Shown here: positions 40,369-49,490 of the stretch, piece by piece
Layout of the letters: each line of letters starts with the position of its first letter
Position numbering within the stretch: the first letter of the stretch is position 1
NCBI GenBank assembly: GCA_963975825.1
Contig: CAXBIR010000001.1
Coordinates: forward strand, 26,699-90,698
Reading direction: 5' to 3'
DNA length: 64,000 bases
Source: an uncultured Polaribacter sp.
GTDB taxonomy: Bacteria > Bacteroidota > Bacteroidia > Flavobacteriales > Flavobacteriaceae
The notes under the pieces: model-generated
What the model was told of the DNA's origin: nothing
The model's database searches: none
What the model saw: the letters and a program-made list of their open reading frames with translations, nothing else
Made by a program: the position numbers and the translations under genes

Positions 40369-40854
40369 ATGTTTACAGAATATAAAAATTTACCTAATAA
40401 CTCTCGTGTTTGGATTTACCAAGCAGATAGAGAATTTACACAGAATGAAATAAACTTTATTTCAGAAAAAGCAGAAGATTTTATAAACCAATGGACGCGT
40501 CATGGAGATGATTTAAAAGGTTCTTTTACGGTAAAATATAATCAGTTTTTAGTTTTAGCTGTAGATGAAAGCTTTAATGATGTTTCTGGTTGCTCTATAG
40601 ATAGTTCTGTACGTTTTGTGCAAGCTTTAGAAAAAGAATTAAAACTAGATTTAATGAATAAAATGAACGTTACTTTTAAAGATAACGACAATATTAATTT
40701 AGTAAAATTAGCAGATTTTCAGCGTTTTGCTAAAGAACAAAAAGTAACTTCAGAAACCATAGTTTTTAATAACATGGTAAATACAAAAGAAGATTTTGAA
40801 AATAATTGGGAAGTTCCTGCAAAAGAAAGTTGGCATAAACGCTTTTTGGTATAA
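40369..40854 (+). CDS. Conserved Bacteroidota hypothetical protein (SGCSID motif)
   Basis: RVWIYQ, WTRHG and VSGCSIDSS; no Walker motifs. Confidence 0.75.
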   Translation: MFTEYKNLPNNSRVWIYQADREFTQNEINFISEKAEDFINQWTRHGDDLKGSFTVKYNQFLVLAVDESFNDVSGCSIDSSVRFVQALEKELKLDLMNKMNVTFKDNDNINLVKLADFQRFAKEQKVTSETIVFNNMVNTKEDFENNWEVPAKESWHKRFLV

Positions 40855-40893
40855 CTATTGATTTTAAATTATTGTATTTAAACTACAAGTAAG

Positions 40894-40985
40894 TTGCGTT
40901 AAGGATAGAGCGCATGTTTGAGCTCTTTTTTATTTTTGAAAAAAAATAAAAAAAGCGAGTAGCGAAAGCCTGTTAAAACGCCCAA
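40894..40985 (+). repeat. Structured intergenic element, copy 1 (Flavo-1-like RNA/repeat)
   Basis: GCGTT/AACGC and AGG/CCT stems; AGG-ATAGA-GC...T-run/A-run...TA-GC-GAAAG-CCT architecture. Confidence 0.55.
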
Positions 40986-41008
40986 AAAACATATTGAAAA
41001 AAAATAGA

Positions 41009-43927
41009 ATGAAAAAGAATTTACTTTTACTATTATTAATTACTATTGGTTACAATTTAAGCGCCCAAAGATTAGATCCTCTTAGAACTAAAGATTTTGT
41101 TGCGCAAGAAATTTGGGTAGATAGTATTATGAATGCAATGTCTGTTGATGAAAAAATAGGGCAGCTATTTATGGTGCAAGCATATTCTAATTTAGATAAA
41201 AAGCACGAAGATTTTATTATAAAAATGATTACTAAATATCATGTTGGTAATTTAATTTTTATGCAAGGAACACCAAGAAAACAAGCAGAGTTAAATAATA
41301 AATATCAAGATTCTGCTAAAGTGCCTTTATTAATTGGTTTTGATGGAGAATGGGGTTTAGATATGCGTTTAAAAAACACATACAGATTTCCTTGGAATAT
41401 GACTTTAGGCGCCATACAAAACGATTCTTTAATAAGACAGTTTGGTAAACATTTAGGGCAACATGCTAAAAGAATAGGTATTCATGTAAATTTTGCGCCA
41501 GTAATAGATGTAAATGTTAATCCAGAAAACCCTATTATTGGAAATAGGTCTTTTGGAGAAAGTAAAGAAAATGTTACAGAAAAAGCAATTGCTTTTATAC
41601 AAGGTATGCAAGGCGAAGGAGTTTTAGCTAATGGTAAGCATTTTCCTGGACATGGAGACACAGCTTCAGATTCTCACCATACTTTACCGCTTTTAGATTT
41701 TGATGAAGCACGTTTAGATTCTATTGAATTATATCCTTACAAAAAAACATTTGACGTTGGTTTAGCAAGTGTTATGACAGCGCATTTAAATATACCAAGT
41801 TTAGAGTCTGATAAAAACTTACCAACATCTTTGTCTAAAAGCGTTGTAACAAACTTGTTGCAAGAAAAGTTAGGTTTTCAGGGTTTAATTATTACAGATG
41901 GTTTAAACATGAAAGGTGCTAGTAATTATGCGTCTTCTGCAGAAATAGATTTGGCAGCAATACAAGCAGGTAACGATTTATTATTAATACCACAAGATGT
42001 ACCAGCTTCTATAGCAATAATGAAGAAAGCATTAGAGACAAAAACATTAACTGAAGAACGTTTAAATTTTTCTGTTAGAAAAATATTAAAATCTAAATAT
42101 TGGGCAGGTTTACATAATTATAAACCTATTGTTTTAGAGAATATAGAAGAAGACTTAAATAGGGTAGAAGATGAGTTGTTACACAGAGAATTAGTGAAAA
42201 ATTCTTTAACTCTTGTAAAAAACATAAATGGTAATTTACCAATTAGAGATTTAGAAAAACAGAAAATAGCTTATGTTAAGTTAGGTGATGCAGATAATAC
42301 TGCTTACGTAAACATGCTTAAGAACTATACAAAAGTAGATGTAATTTCAGATACTAATTTAGATGGTTTAATTACAAAGCTAAAACCTTATAATTATGTA
42401 GTTATTGGTTTTCATAAATCTAATTTAAATCCTTGGAAAAGTTATAAGTTTTCAAATAAAGAGTTGGTTTGGTTGCAAGAAATTTCTAGAGAAAAATCTG
42501 TGATTTTAGATGTTTTTACAAGTCCTTATAGTTTGTTGCAAATAAAGAGTTTTGCAAATATAGAAGGCTTAATTGTTTCATATCAAAATAGTAAATTAGC
42601 ACAAGAACTTTCTGCACAATTGTTATTTGGTGCTATTACAGCAAAAGGGAAATTACCAGTTTCTATTGGTAACATATATAAAGAAGGTTTTGGTCTTGCA
42701 AGTAGTAATTTAAGTAGATTTGAATACACTATACCCGAAGCTGCAGGTTTATCTTCTAAAATGTTAGGATTAATAGATAAAATGGCAGACACCATTATTA
42801 AACAAAAAATGGCTCCTGGTTTACAAATTTTTGTAGCAAGAAACGGAAAAGTAGTTTTAGAAAAAAGTTATGGTTATCATACACATAACAAAAAGCTGAA
42901 AGTACAAAATTCAGATATTTATGACTTGGCTTCATTAACTAAAATATTAGCTTCTTTACCTTTAATGATGAAAGCAGAGGAAGAAAATAAAATACCTTTA
43001 TCGGCAAGTTTAAGAGATATTTTACCTAGTTTTTCTAATTCAAATAAAGAAAAAGTTACGGTTAAAGAAGTGCTATCTCATTTTGGTAGATTAAAAGCGT
43101 GGATTCCTTTTTACATTGCTACACAAGACAGCGTAACTCATAAAAACTTACCAACATTTTATAGAAATAAGAAGTCTAGTAAGTTTAATATTAAGGTTGC
43201 AGAAAACTTATTTATCAATCAGAATTATAAAGACAGTATTTACAAATACATTAAAGATGCAGACCAAAGAGAAAGAGTTGGTTATAAGTATAGCGATTTA
43301 GGGTATTATATTTTTAAAGAAGCATTAGAATTAAAATATGAAAAACCTTTAGAAACATTGGTAGATGAAGAGTTTTACAAATCTTTAGGAGCAGATAGAA
43401 CCACCTATTTACCGCTAAAAAAGTTTAACAGAAACCAAATTGTGCCAACAGAAAAAGACGATTATTACAGAAACCAGTTATTGCAAGGTTATGTACATGA
43501 TATGGGAGCTGCAATGTTGGGTGGCGTTGGTGGTCATGCAGGTTTATTTGCCAATGCCAATGATGTTGGTAAAATAATGCAAATGTACTTACAGAAAGGT
43601 TTTTATGGCGGTAAACGTTATTTAAAATCAGAAACTATAGACAAGTTTAATCATAGATATTTTTCAGACAAGAATGTAAGAAGAGGTTTAGGTTTCGATA
43701 AACCACAGCTAAACCCTAATGTAAAAGCTACTTGTGGTTGTGTTTCCGAAGAAAGTTTTGGACATTCTGGTTTTACAGGTACTTATACTTGGGCAGATCC
43801 AAAAAGTGGTTTAGTGTATGTTTTTCTATCAAACAGAGTTTACCCTAACATGAATAACAGAGGTTTAATAAGAAGTAACATGAGAACCAAAATTCAGCAA
43901 GTAATACAAGATGCTATTATAGATTAG
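41009..43927 (+). CDS. GH3 beta-N-acetylglucosaminidase (NagZ-type) fused to a beta-lactamase-family serine hydrolase
   Basis: KHFPGHGD...DSH and ITDGLNM; C-terminal ASLTK, YSD and GHSGFTG. Signal peptide from the ATG at 41009. Confidence 0.9.
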   Translation: MKKNLLLLLLITIGYNLSAQRLDPLRTKDFVAQEIWVDSIMNAMSVDEKIGQLFMVQAYSNLDKKHEDFIIKMITKYHVGNLIFMQGTPRKQAELNNKYQDSAKVPLLIGFDGEWGLDMRLKNTYRFPWNMTLGAIQNDSLIRQFGKHLGQHAKRIGIHVNFAPVIDVNVNPENPIIGNRSFGESKENVTEKAIAFIQGMQGEGVLANGKHFPGHGDTASDSHHTLPLLDFDEARLDSIELYPYKKTFDVGLASVMTAHLNIPSLESDKNLPTSLSKSVVTNLLQEKLGFQGLIITDGLNMKGASNYASSAEIDLAAIQAGNDLLLIPQDVPASIAIMKKALETKTLTEERLNFSVRKILKSKYWAGLHNYKPIVLENIEEDLNRVEDELLHRELVKNSLTLVKNINGNLPIRDLEKQKIAYVKLGDADNTAYVNMLKNYTKVDVISDTNLDGLITKLKPYNYVVIGFHKSNLNPWKSYKFSNKELVWLQEISREKSVILDVFTSPYSLLQIKSFANIEGLIVSYQNSKLAQELSAQLLFGAITAKGKLPVSIGNIYKEGFGLASSNLSRFEYTIPEAAGLSSKMLGLIDKMADTIIKQKMAPGLQIFVARNGKVVLEKSYGYHTHNKKLKVQNSDIYDLASLTKILASLPLMMKAEEENKIPLSASLRDILPSFSNSNKEKVTVKEVLSHFGRLKAWIPFYIATQDSVTHKNLPTFYRNKKSSKFNIKVAENLFINQNYKDSIYKYIKDADQRERVGYKYSDLGYYIFKEALELKYEKPLETLVDEEFYKSLGADRTTYLPLKKFNRNQIVPTEKDDYYRNQLLQGYVHDMGAAMLGGVGGHAGLFANANDVGKIMQMYLQKGFYGGKRYLKSETIDKFNHRYFSDKNVRRGLGFDKPQLNPNVKATCGCVSEESFGHSGFTGTYTWADPKSGLVYVFLSNRVYPNMNNRGLIRSNMRTKIQQVIQDAIID

Positions 43928-43936
43928 AAGCTATTT

Positions 43937-44063
43937 CCTGCTTTTCGCTATATCTTTTTTACAATTTCTAAGAAGTAATTGCTAACATTAACAAGCAATT
44001 GCTTTTTTTTATATTATTTATTTGCTTACAAGTTTTGTAAAAAAGGATGTCGCTTCAATCAGG
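43937..44063 (-). repeat. Structured intergenic element, copy 2 (Flavo-1-like RNA/repeat)
   Basis: Minus strand CCTG-ATTGAA-GC-GAC-ATC-CTTTTTT...AAAAAA-GAT-ATA-GC-GAAAAG-CAGG, with an extra inner AATTGCT/AGCAATT hairpin. Confidence 0.6.
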
Positions 44064-44064
44064 G

Positions 44065-45147
44065 CTAAACTTGTTTGCTAGTTTCATTAAATTTTAGATA
44101 TTCTTTAGTATTTGTAGGTGCAAATTTTGAATAAATAAAAACGAGTAAAGCAGAAAATGTTAGGTAAAATAAACCAATTAAATTACCGTATAAAAAGCTA
44201 ATTACCAAAGCTTGTATGCTGTAAAATAAACTGCAAAGAAATAGATTTAAACTAAACCTAAAAGTATCTATAAACTCAATTTCATCAATTTTTTTAAAAG
44301 CTTGTTTCCAAACTAAAAACGGAATTAGACTATTTAGTATTATTAGATAATATAAAGGTTTTAAATAGTTTTTCTTTGGTGTTTTCTTTTCAGGAAAAGA
44401 GTTTGTTTCTATTAATTTATTTACAACATCAACCTTTGTAAAATCTACTTGTGCATCATTTAACTTCTTAAGAATAACTTCGTAATTCTCATTATCGGAA
44501 ATATGAACACTTAACGTTTCTAATTGTTTTGTAACCTTGGCTTTTAAAATATTAATAGATTTAGCTAAACTATATTCTTCATAAATAGTTCTTGTTTTAA
44601 TTGGTTTCCCGTAGTTTATAGTAACTTTTGCTGGAAAATGAGAAGGATGTTGGTAGGTTATTCCAACAGGAATTATTGTAATTTCTAAATCATCATATTT
44701 TTCTAAAGCTCCAAAAACAATTCTTGTAAAACCTTTACTTAGAGGTCTAACTGTTCTTTTTTTATCATGACTTCCTTCAGGAAAAATCATTAAAGTTTCT
44801 CCTTTTCTTAGAATATTATAACATTTTTCAAAAATCTGTTGGTTATTTGCTAATTGCTGAATACCATCTCTAATTCTATAAATTGGCATTAAGTATAAAG
44901 ATTCTAAAATCTTTTTTACAATAGGGTTTTTAAAAGAAGCAGCTCTAACTAAAAAATGATTTTGTCTATTGTTAGTTGTGGTAACATATAAAGGATCTAC
45001 TAAGCCATTAGGATGATTTACTGCAAACAAAACTGCTCCTTTTTTTGGGATATTCTCTTTTCCTAAAACCGTTATTTTTTTAGTGTAAAAAAACAAACCT
45101 AGTTTTATGTAAGCCCAAACAAGTGTAAACCAAATTTTCTGAATCAT
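44065..45147 (-). CDS. Lysophospholipid/1-acylglycerol-3-phosphate acyltransferase family
   Basis: NHPNGLVD (HxxxxD) and IFPEGSH motifs. Confidence 0.87.
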   Translation of the reverse strand: MIQKIWFTLVWAYIKLGLFFYTKKITVLGKENIPKKGAVLFAVNHPNGLVDPLYVTTTNNRQNHFLVRAASFKNPIVKKILESLYLMPIYRIRDGIQQLANNQQIFEKCYNILRKGETLMIFPEGSHDKKRTVRPLSKGFTRIVFGALEKYDDLEITIIPVGITYQHPSHFPAKVTINYGKPIKTRTIYEEYSLAKSINILKAKVTKQLETLSVHISDNENYEVILKKLNDAQVDFTKVDVVNKLIETNSFPEKKTPKKNYLKPLYYLIILNSLIPFLVWKQAFKKIDEIEFIDTFRFSLNLFLCSLFYSIQALVISFLYGNLIGLFYLTFSALLVFIYSKFAPTNTKEYLKFNETSKQV

Positions 45148-45177
45148 AAATTATACGTCTATTATAAAAATACTTTT

Positions 45178-46107
45178 CTACTCAATTTCTTGTTGCGTTT
45201 TTCTTCCCCAATAGGTTGCCAAAAGAATTCCAGAAAAAACGTCCCAAATACCCCAGAAAGCTGCAAGTAAAGCCATTCCTCCTAAACCATCAAAAAAACC
45301 AAATATTAACAGTAAGCCTAAACCTCCATTTTGTATACCAGTTTCTATAGCAATTGTTTTGGTATCCTGTTTATTCAAACCAAAGCTTTTAGCTGTAAAA
45401 TAACCTAAAATAAAAGCAAAAATATTATGTGCAATCACTAAAATAGCAACATGATGAATGTGATTTTTAAAAACATCTAAGTTTTGTGAAAAAGCAATAA
45501 AAATTAAAGCAATAAAAACCAACATAGAAAGTGGTTTTAGTACTTTTTCTATTTTTTCTGCCATTACAGAATGGTAGTGATTAATTAGCATTCCAAAAAA
45601 TAAAGGAATTCCTAAAATTAGAGAAACTAGTTTTAATAAATCTACCCAATTTAATTCTACAGTTTCTAAAATTACGTTTGTAGGTTCGTATAAACTTCCC
45701 CAAAACTGTAAGTTAAAAGGAGTCATAAAAATACAAATTAATGTTGCAAAAGCTGTTAGACTAACTGATAAAGCTGCATTTCCACCAGCCATTTTACTAA
45801 AAAAGTTAGAAACATTTCCACCTGGGCATGCTGCGATCATCATCATTCCTAAAGCAAAACTTGGATGAGGTTTTATAATTAGTATGGCAAGAAAAGTAAA
45901 TGCTGGTAATAAGAAAAATTGCGAAAAAACACCCACAAAAAGTATTTTAGGGTTTTTAAACAGTCTCTTAAAATCTTCTATAGAAATACCCAAAGCTACG
46001 CCAAACATAATTATTGCAATTGCAATATTTAAAACCCATAAACCACTTGAGTCGAAGTTTATTTTTATGGCGTCTATGTCTATTTCTTGATTAATTTTTA
46101 AAAGCAT
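45178..46107 (-). CDS. Bile acid:sodium symporter family transporter
   Basis: MFGVAL, ACPGGNVSN and IETGIQNGGL. Start uncertain. Confidence 0.87.
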   Translation of the reverse strand: MLLKINQEIDIDAIKINFDSSGLWVLNIAIAIIMFGVALGISIEDFKRLFKNPKILFVGVFSQFFLLPAFTFLAILIIKPHPSFALGMMMIAACPGGNVSNFFSKMAGGNAALSVSLTAFATLICIFMTPFNLQFWGSLYEPTNVILETVELNWVDLLKLVSLILGIPLFFGMLINHYHSVMAEKIEKVLKPLSMLVFIALIFIAFSQNLDVFKNHIHHVAILVIAHNIFAFILGYFTAKSFGLNKQDTKTIAIETGIQNGGLGLLLIFGFFDGLGGMALLAAFWGIWDVFSGILLATYWGRKTQQEIE

Positions 46108-46732
46108 ATTCAATAATATTTGCACCCATTTTTAATGCTTTTTCTCTTACACTTTTAGGATTGTTGTGTATAATTTCATCTTCCCAACCATCACTTAAGT
46201 CCGTTTCATAATCGTAAAAAACTATTAATCTGCCTTCATAGAAAATACCAAAACCTTGTGCTGCTTTTTTATCATGTTCATGAATTTTAGGCATTCCGTT
46301 TGGGAATTTAAAAGTCTGGTTATAGATTTGGTGATTACTAGGTATTTCTTTAAAATCTAGAGTTGGAAACACTTTTTTTATTTCTTTTCTAATAAATTTA
46401 TCTAAACCATAATTGTCTGAAATATGTAAAAAACCTCCTGAAATTAAATAGTTTCTTAGGTTTTCTGCGTCATCATCAGAAAAAAATACGTTTCCATGAC
46501 CAGTCATAAAAACCATTGGAAAATTATAAATATCTTCATTACCTACAGCAACCGTTTGTGGGTTTTTAGAAATTTTTGTTTTAATATTTGTATTTGCAAA
46601 AGCCACTAGATTAGGAATTGCTGTAGGATTCGAATACCAATCTCCACCACCATTATATTTTAAAATGGCAACATCTTGTGCATTTACCGTAAAAAATAAA
46701 AAAGTAAAAATTATACCTATAATGTGTTTCAT
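46091..46732 (-). CDS. DUF4159 domain protein
   Basis: Signal peptide; LKYNGGGDWYSNP, FMTGHG, GGFLHISDNYG and DLSDGWED. Confidence 0.82.
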   Translation of the reverse strand: MKHIIGIIFTFLFFTVNAQDVAILKYNGGGDWYSNPTAIPNLVAFANTNIKTKISKNPQTVAVGNEDIYNFPMVFMTGHGNVFFSDDDAENLRNYLISGGFLHISDNYGLDKFIRKEIKKVFPTLDFKEIPSNHQIYNQTFKFPNGMPKIHEHDKKAAQGFGIFYEGRLIVFYDYETDLSDGWEDEIIHNNPKSVREKALKMGANIIEYAFKN

Positions 46733-47111
46733 AAATTACTCTTAGTAGAATTTAAAGCAAGATACTAATTTCAATGTTGGTTATAAAGTAAGGTTTGTAA
46801 AATGTATGAGTAAATAGTATTTGGTAATTTTATTTAATTGATAATAAGTGTTTTAGGTTTTTATTTTTCTCCGTTTTATTACGTGTTAGTGTATAAACGT
46901 ATAATTACTTATTTCATTTCTTTATATACCCTTTTTAGAAAGAAGGTAGTTGTACTCTAAAATGAGGTTTTAGTTTGTTGTTACTTTGACATATAGATTT
47001 ATACTATTGATTGCAGTGTCGACAACAATCAACTGGAGTTCAGAAACCATTTAAACGAGGCGAAATCCGAAAAGCCAAATGAGTAGGAATTTATATTAAA
47101 TTATAATTATT

Positions 47112-47510
47112 ATGAGTACAATAAACGTATTAATAGTTGTTGACGCATTAGGTGCAGCAACAAGTGGAAACTTACAAGACAATGTTTACTTAATAGATAC
47201 CAACAAGCATGATGGTTCTGGAAGTGAAGGGCAAGCCGAATTATATACAGCATGTAAAAGTACAAACCAAGGTGGAGACACAATTGTTTGGGCTGTTGCG
47301 CCTGTAGATCCAGGTTCTGATGTTAGTATAGATTCGTTTACAGGGCAAATGATAACAGAAAGAGCATTGTTACCTTCTGTAAATTCTAATGGTTCTTGGA
47401 GTGGTTCTTTATCACCAAACTTAGCTTCTGGAAATATTCAATATTCTGCAGTTTTAAATATTGATGGCAAATTAATGACATTTGACCCATTTTTAAAAGT
47501 ATCAAATTAA
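47112..47510 (+). CDS. AidA/PixA (inclusion-body)/MakC-MakD-like small beta-sandwich protein
   Basis: INVLIVVD, VYLID, SEGQAEL, GDTIVW and FDPFL match the recalled family pattern; no signal peptide. Confidence 0.6.
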   Translation: MSTINVLIVVDALGAATSGNLQDNVYLIDTNKHDGSGSEGQAELYTACKSTNQGGDTIVWAVAPVDPGSDVSIDSFTGQMITERALLPSVNSNGSWSGSLSPNLASGNIQYSAVLNIDGKLMTFDPFLKVSN

Positions 47511-47530
47511 TTAATGAAAATGTTTTATTT

Positions 47531-47568
47531 GTAAAGAAGAGGTGTTTCTTATTACATCTTTTCTTTAC
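47531..47568 (+). terminator. Hairpin/terminator between convergent genes
   Basis: 15-bp stem GTAAAGAAGAGGTGT/ACATCTTTTCTTTAC with two G-U pairs that form only on the + strand. Confidence 0.6.
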
Positions 47569-47592
47569 TTTTAATGTATTGTTATTAAGAAC

Positions 47593-48300
47593 TTACTGAT
47601 TTATGAAAGAAACAATATTAACAGCAACCAATGCTGCAGTTTCTGTTCTTAATCTGCTTTCTCCCAAAGAAATAGGAGTGTAATTTTTATCTAAAGCTTT
47701 TTTAATTTCTTCTATAGAAAAATCACCTTCTGGTCCAATAAGAATTATTGTTTTTTCTGAAGGTTTTACTACAGATTGTAATATGTTTTTGTCTTGTTCT
47801 TCACAATGGGCTATATAAACTTTACCATCTAAATCTTGATTTATAAAATCATTAAATTTAATAGGAGCATTTAGCTTTGGTAGAGTAAATTTTAAAGACT
47901 GTTTCATAGCAGATTGAATAATTTTTTCAAATCTTTCTAGTTTTACAATTCTACGTTCAGAATTAGAACAAATAATTGGTGTAATTTCATCGATACCAAT
48001 TTCTGTTGCTTTTTCTAAAAACCATTCTATTCTATCGTTATTTTTAGTTGGTGCAATTGCAATATGAAGGTAGTAATTCCAAGGTTTTTGTTTTTCTTCA
48101 ACATTAATAATTATAGCAGAACACCTTTTATCGTTAGCAAAACTAATTTCTGCATCAAATAATAACCCTTTCCCGTTAGTTATTTTAAGAATATCTCCTT
48201 CTGTTTTTCTTAAAACGCGTACAATATGTTTGCTTTCAATTTTATCAAAAGTAATTTGTGTGGTTTCCTTAGAAATTTCAGAATTATAGAATAATTGCAT
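47593..48300 (-). CDS. rsmE: 16S rRNA (uracil1498-N3)-methyltransferase
   Basis: HIVRVLR, EKATEIG, SAMKQS, LIGPEGDFS and RLRTETAA. Confidence 0.93.
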   Translation of the reverse strand: MQLFYNSEISKETTQITFDKIESKHIVRVLRKTEGDILKITNGKGLLFDAEISFANDKRCSAIIINVEEKQKPWNYYLHIAIAPTKNNDRIEWFLEKATEIGIDEITPIICSNSERRIVKLERFEKIIQSAMKQSLKFTLPKLNAPIKFNDFINQDLDGKVYIAHCEEQDKNILQSVVKPSEKTIILIGPEGDFSIEEIKKALDKNYTPISLGESRLRTETAALVAVNIVSFINQ

Positions 48301-48353
48301 TTTTTAGAATTTTATAAATTGTTTAAGCTCTACTGTTTCTGTTTCAAACTTAA

Positions 48354-49475
48354 TTACAAGATACTTTTCTTGTAGGTTCTTCTTCTTTTATGAGTTATGG
48401 GATTAAAGTTTTCCCATAGTTTTTTAATAGCTTCATTATCTTCAAGCTCTGGCGTTCTTATACAATTGTCTATTCCTAAAGGCGCAAAAGTTTTTGTGTA
48501 CTGGTCGAAAATAATAGCATGCACACCTTTATTTTGATAATCTGGATGTACACCAATTAAATAAAAAGTAACATCTTTAGAGTGTTTTCTTGCTTTTAAT
48601 AAATGAAACAAGCCAAAAGGAAATAGTTTTCCTTTTGCTTTCTGTAGCGCTTCCGAAAAAGAAGGCATTACAATGGCAAAAGCAACTACTTTATTATCCT
48701 CATCTACTACAAATTTTATGTATTCTGGGTTGATAAATGAAATGTATTTCTTTTTAAAGAAAGCAATTTGACTATCTGAAATAGGTACAAAAGTAGATAG
48801 CTTAGAATAAGACTTATCAAAAACTTCAAACATTTCATCTACATAAGGCATAATGTCTTTTGTCTTTGTAAAATCTAAAGCTTTTAGTTTAAAACGTCTT
48901 TTTATGATGTTACTAATTCTATCAAAATAAACACCATCTACATTTTTAAACTTAAATTTATTTTCTAAATATTCTTTCTCTTTTACAAAGCCTAATTGTT
49001 CTAAATGGTCTTTGTAATATGGGTGGTTGTACCAAGTAATCATTGTGCCAATATGATCGAAACCTTCTATTAAAACACCAGTTTTGTCTAAATTATTAAA
49101 ACCTACAGGTCCTTCTAAATATTCTAGTTTATTTTCTAGACCTATTTCTTTCACTTTTTCTAATAAAATTTTAGAAACTTCAATGTCATCTATAAAATCG
49201 AACCATCCAAAACGCATCTTTTTAATTTGTTGTTTTTCAACTTCAAACCAATTAATAATGGCAACAACTCTACCAACAATTTCTCCGTTTCTAATAGCTA
49301 CAAAAAACTGAGCATCCGCATTTTCGAAAACAGGATTTTTTTTAGGATCAAAATTATCAACTTCATCCTTTATAATAGGAGGAACCCAATACTTGTTGTT
49401 TTTGTATAATGAAAAAGGAAATGTAACAAATTGTTTCATTCCCTTTTTATTTGTTATTTTTTTTAGTGTAATCAT
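48354..49475 (-). CDS. Tandem-GNAT N-acyltransferase (YghO/bacterial ceramide-synthase-like)
   Basis: PFSLY...WVPP, VGRVVAI, RFGWFD, YNHPYY and LIGVHPDYQNKG. Confidence 0.65.
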   Translation of the reverse strand: MITLKKITNKKGMKQFVTFPFSLYKNNKYWVPPIIKDEVDNFDPKKNPVFENADAQFFVAIRNGEIVGRVVAIINWFEVEKQQIKKMRFGWFDFIDDIEVSKILLEKVKEIGLENKLEYLEGPVGFNNLDKTGVLIEGFDHIGTMITWYNHPYYKDHLEQLGFVKEKEYLENKFKFKNVDGVYFDRISNIIKRRFKLKALDFTKTKDIMPYVDEMFEVFDKSYSKLSTFVPISDSQIAFFKKKYISFINPEYIKFVVDEDNKVVAFAIVMPSFSEALQKAKGKLFPFGLFHLLKARKHSKDVTFYLIGVHPDYQNKGVHAIIFDQYTKTFAPLGIDNCIRTPELEDNEAIKKLWENFNPITHKRRRTYKKSIL

Positions 49476-49490
49476 GTTAAGAAATCAATT

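Noticed and set aside
40894-44063. Composite transposon formed by the two inverted elements around GH3
   Set aside because: The elements are only architecturally similar rather than identical. There is no transposase or target-site duplication, and the enclosed gene is a conserved core gene.
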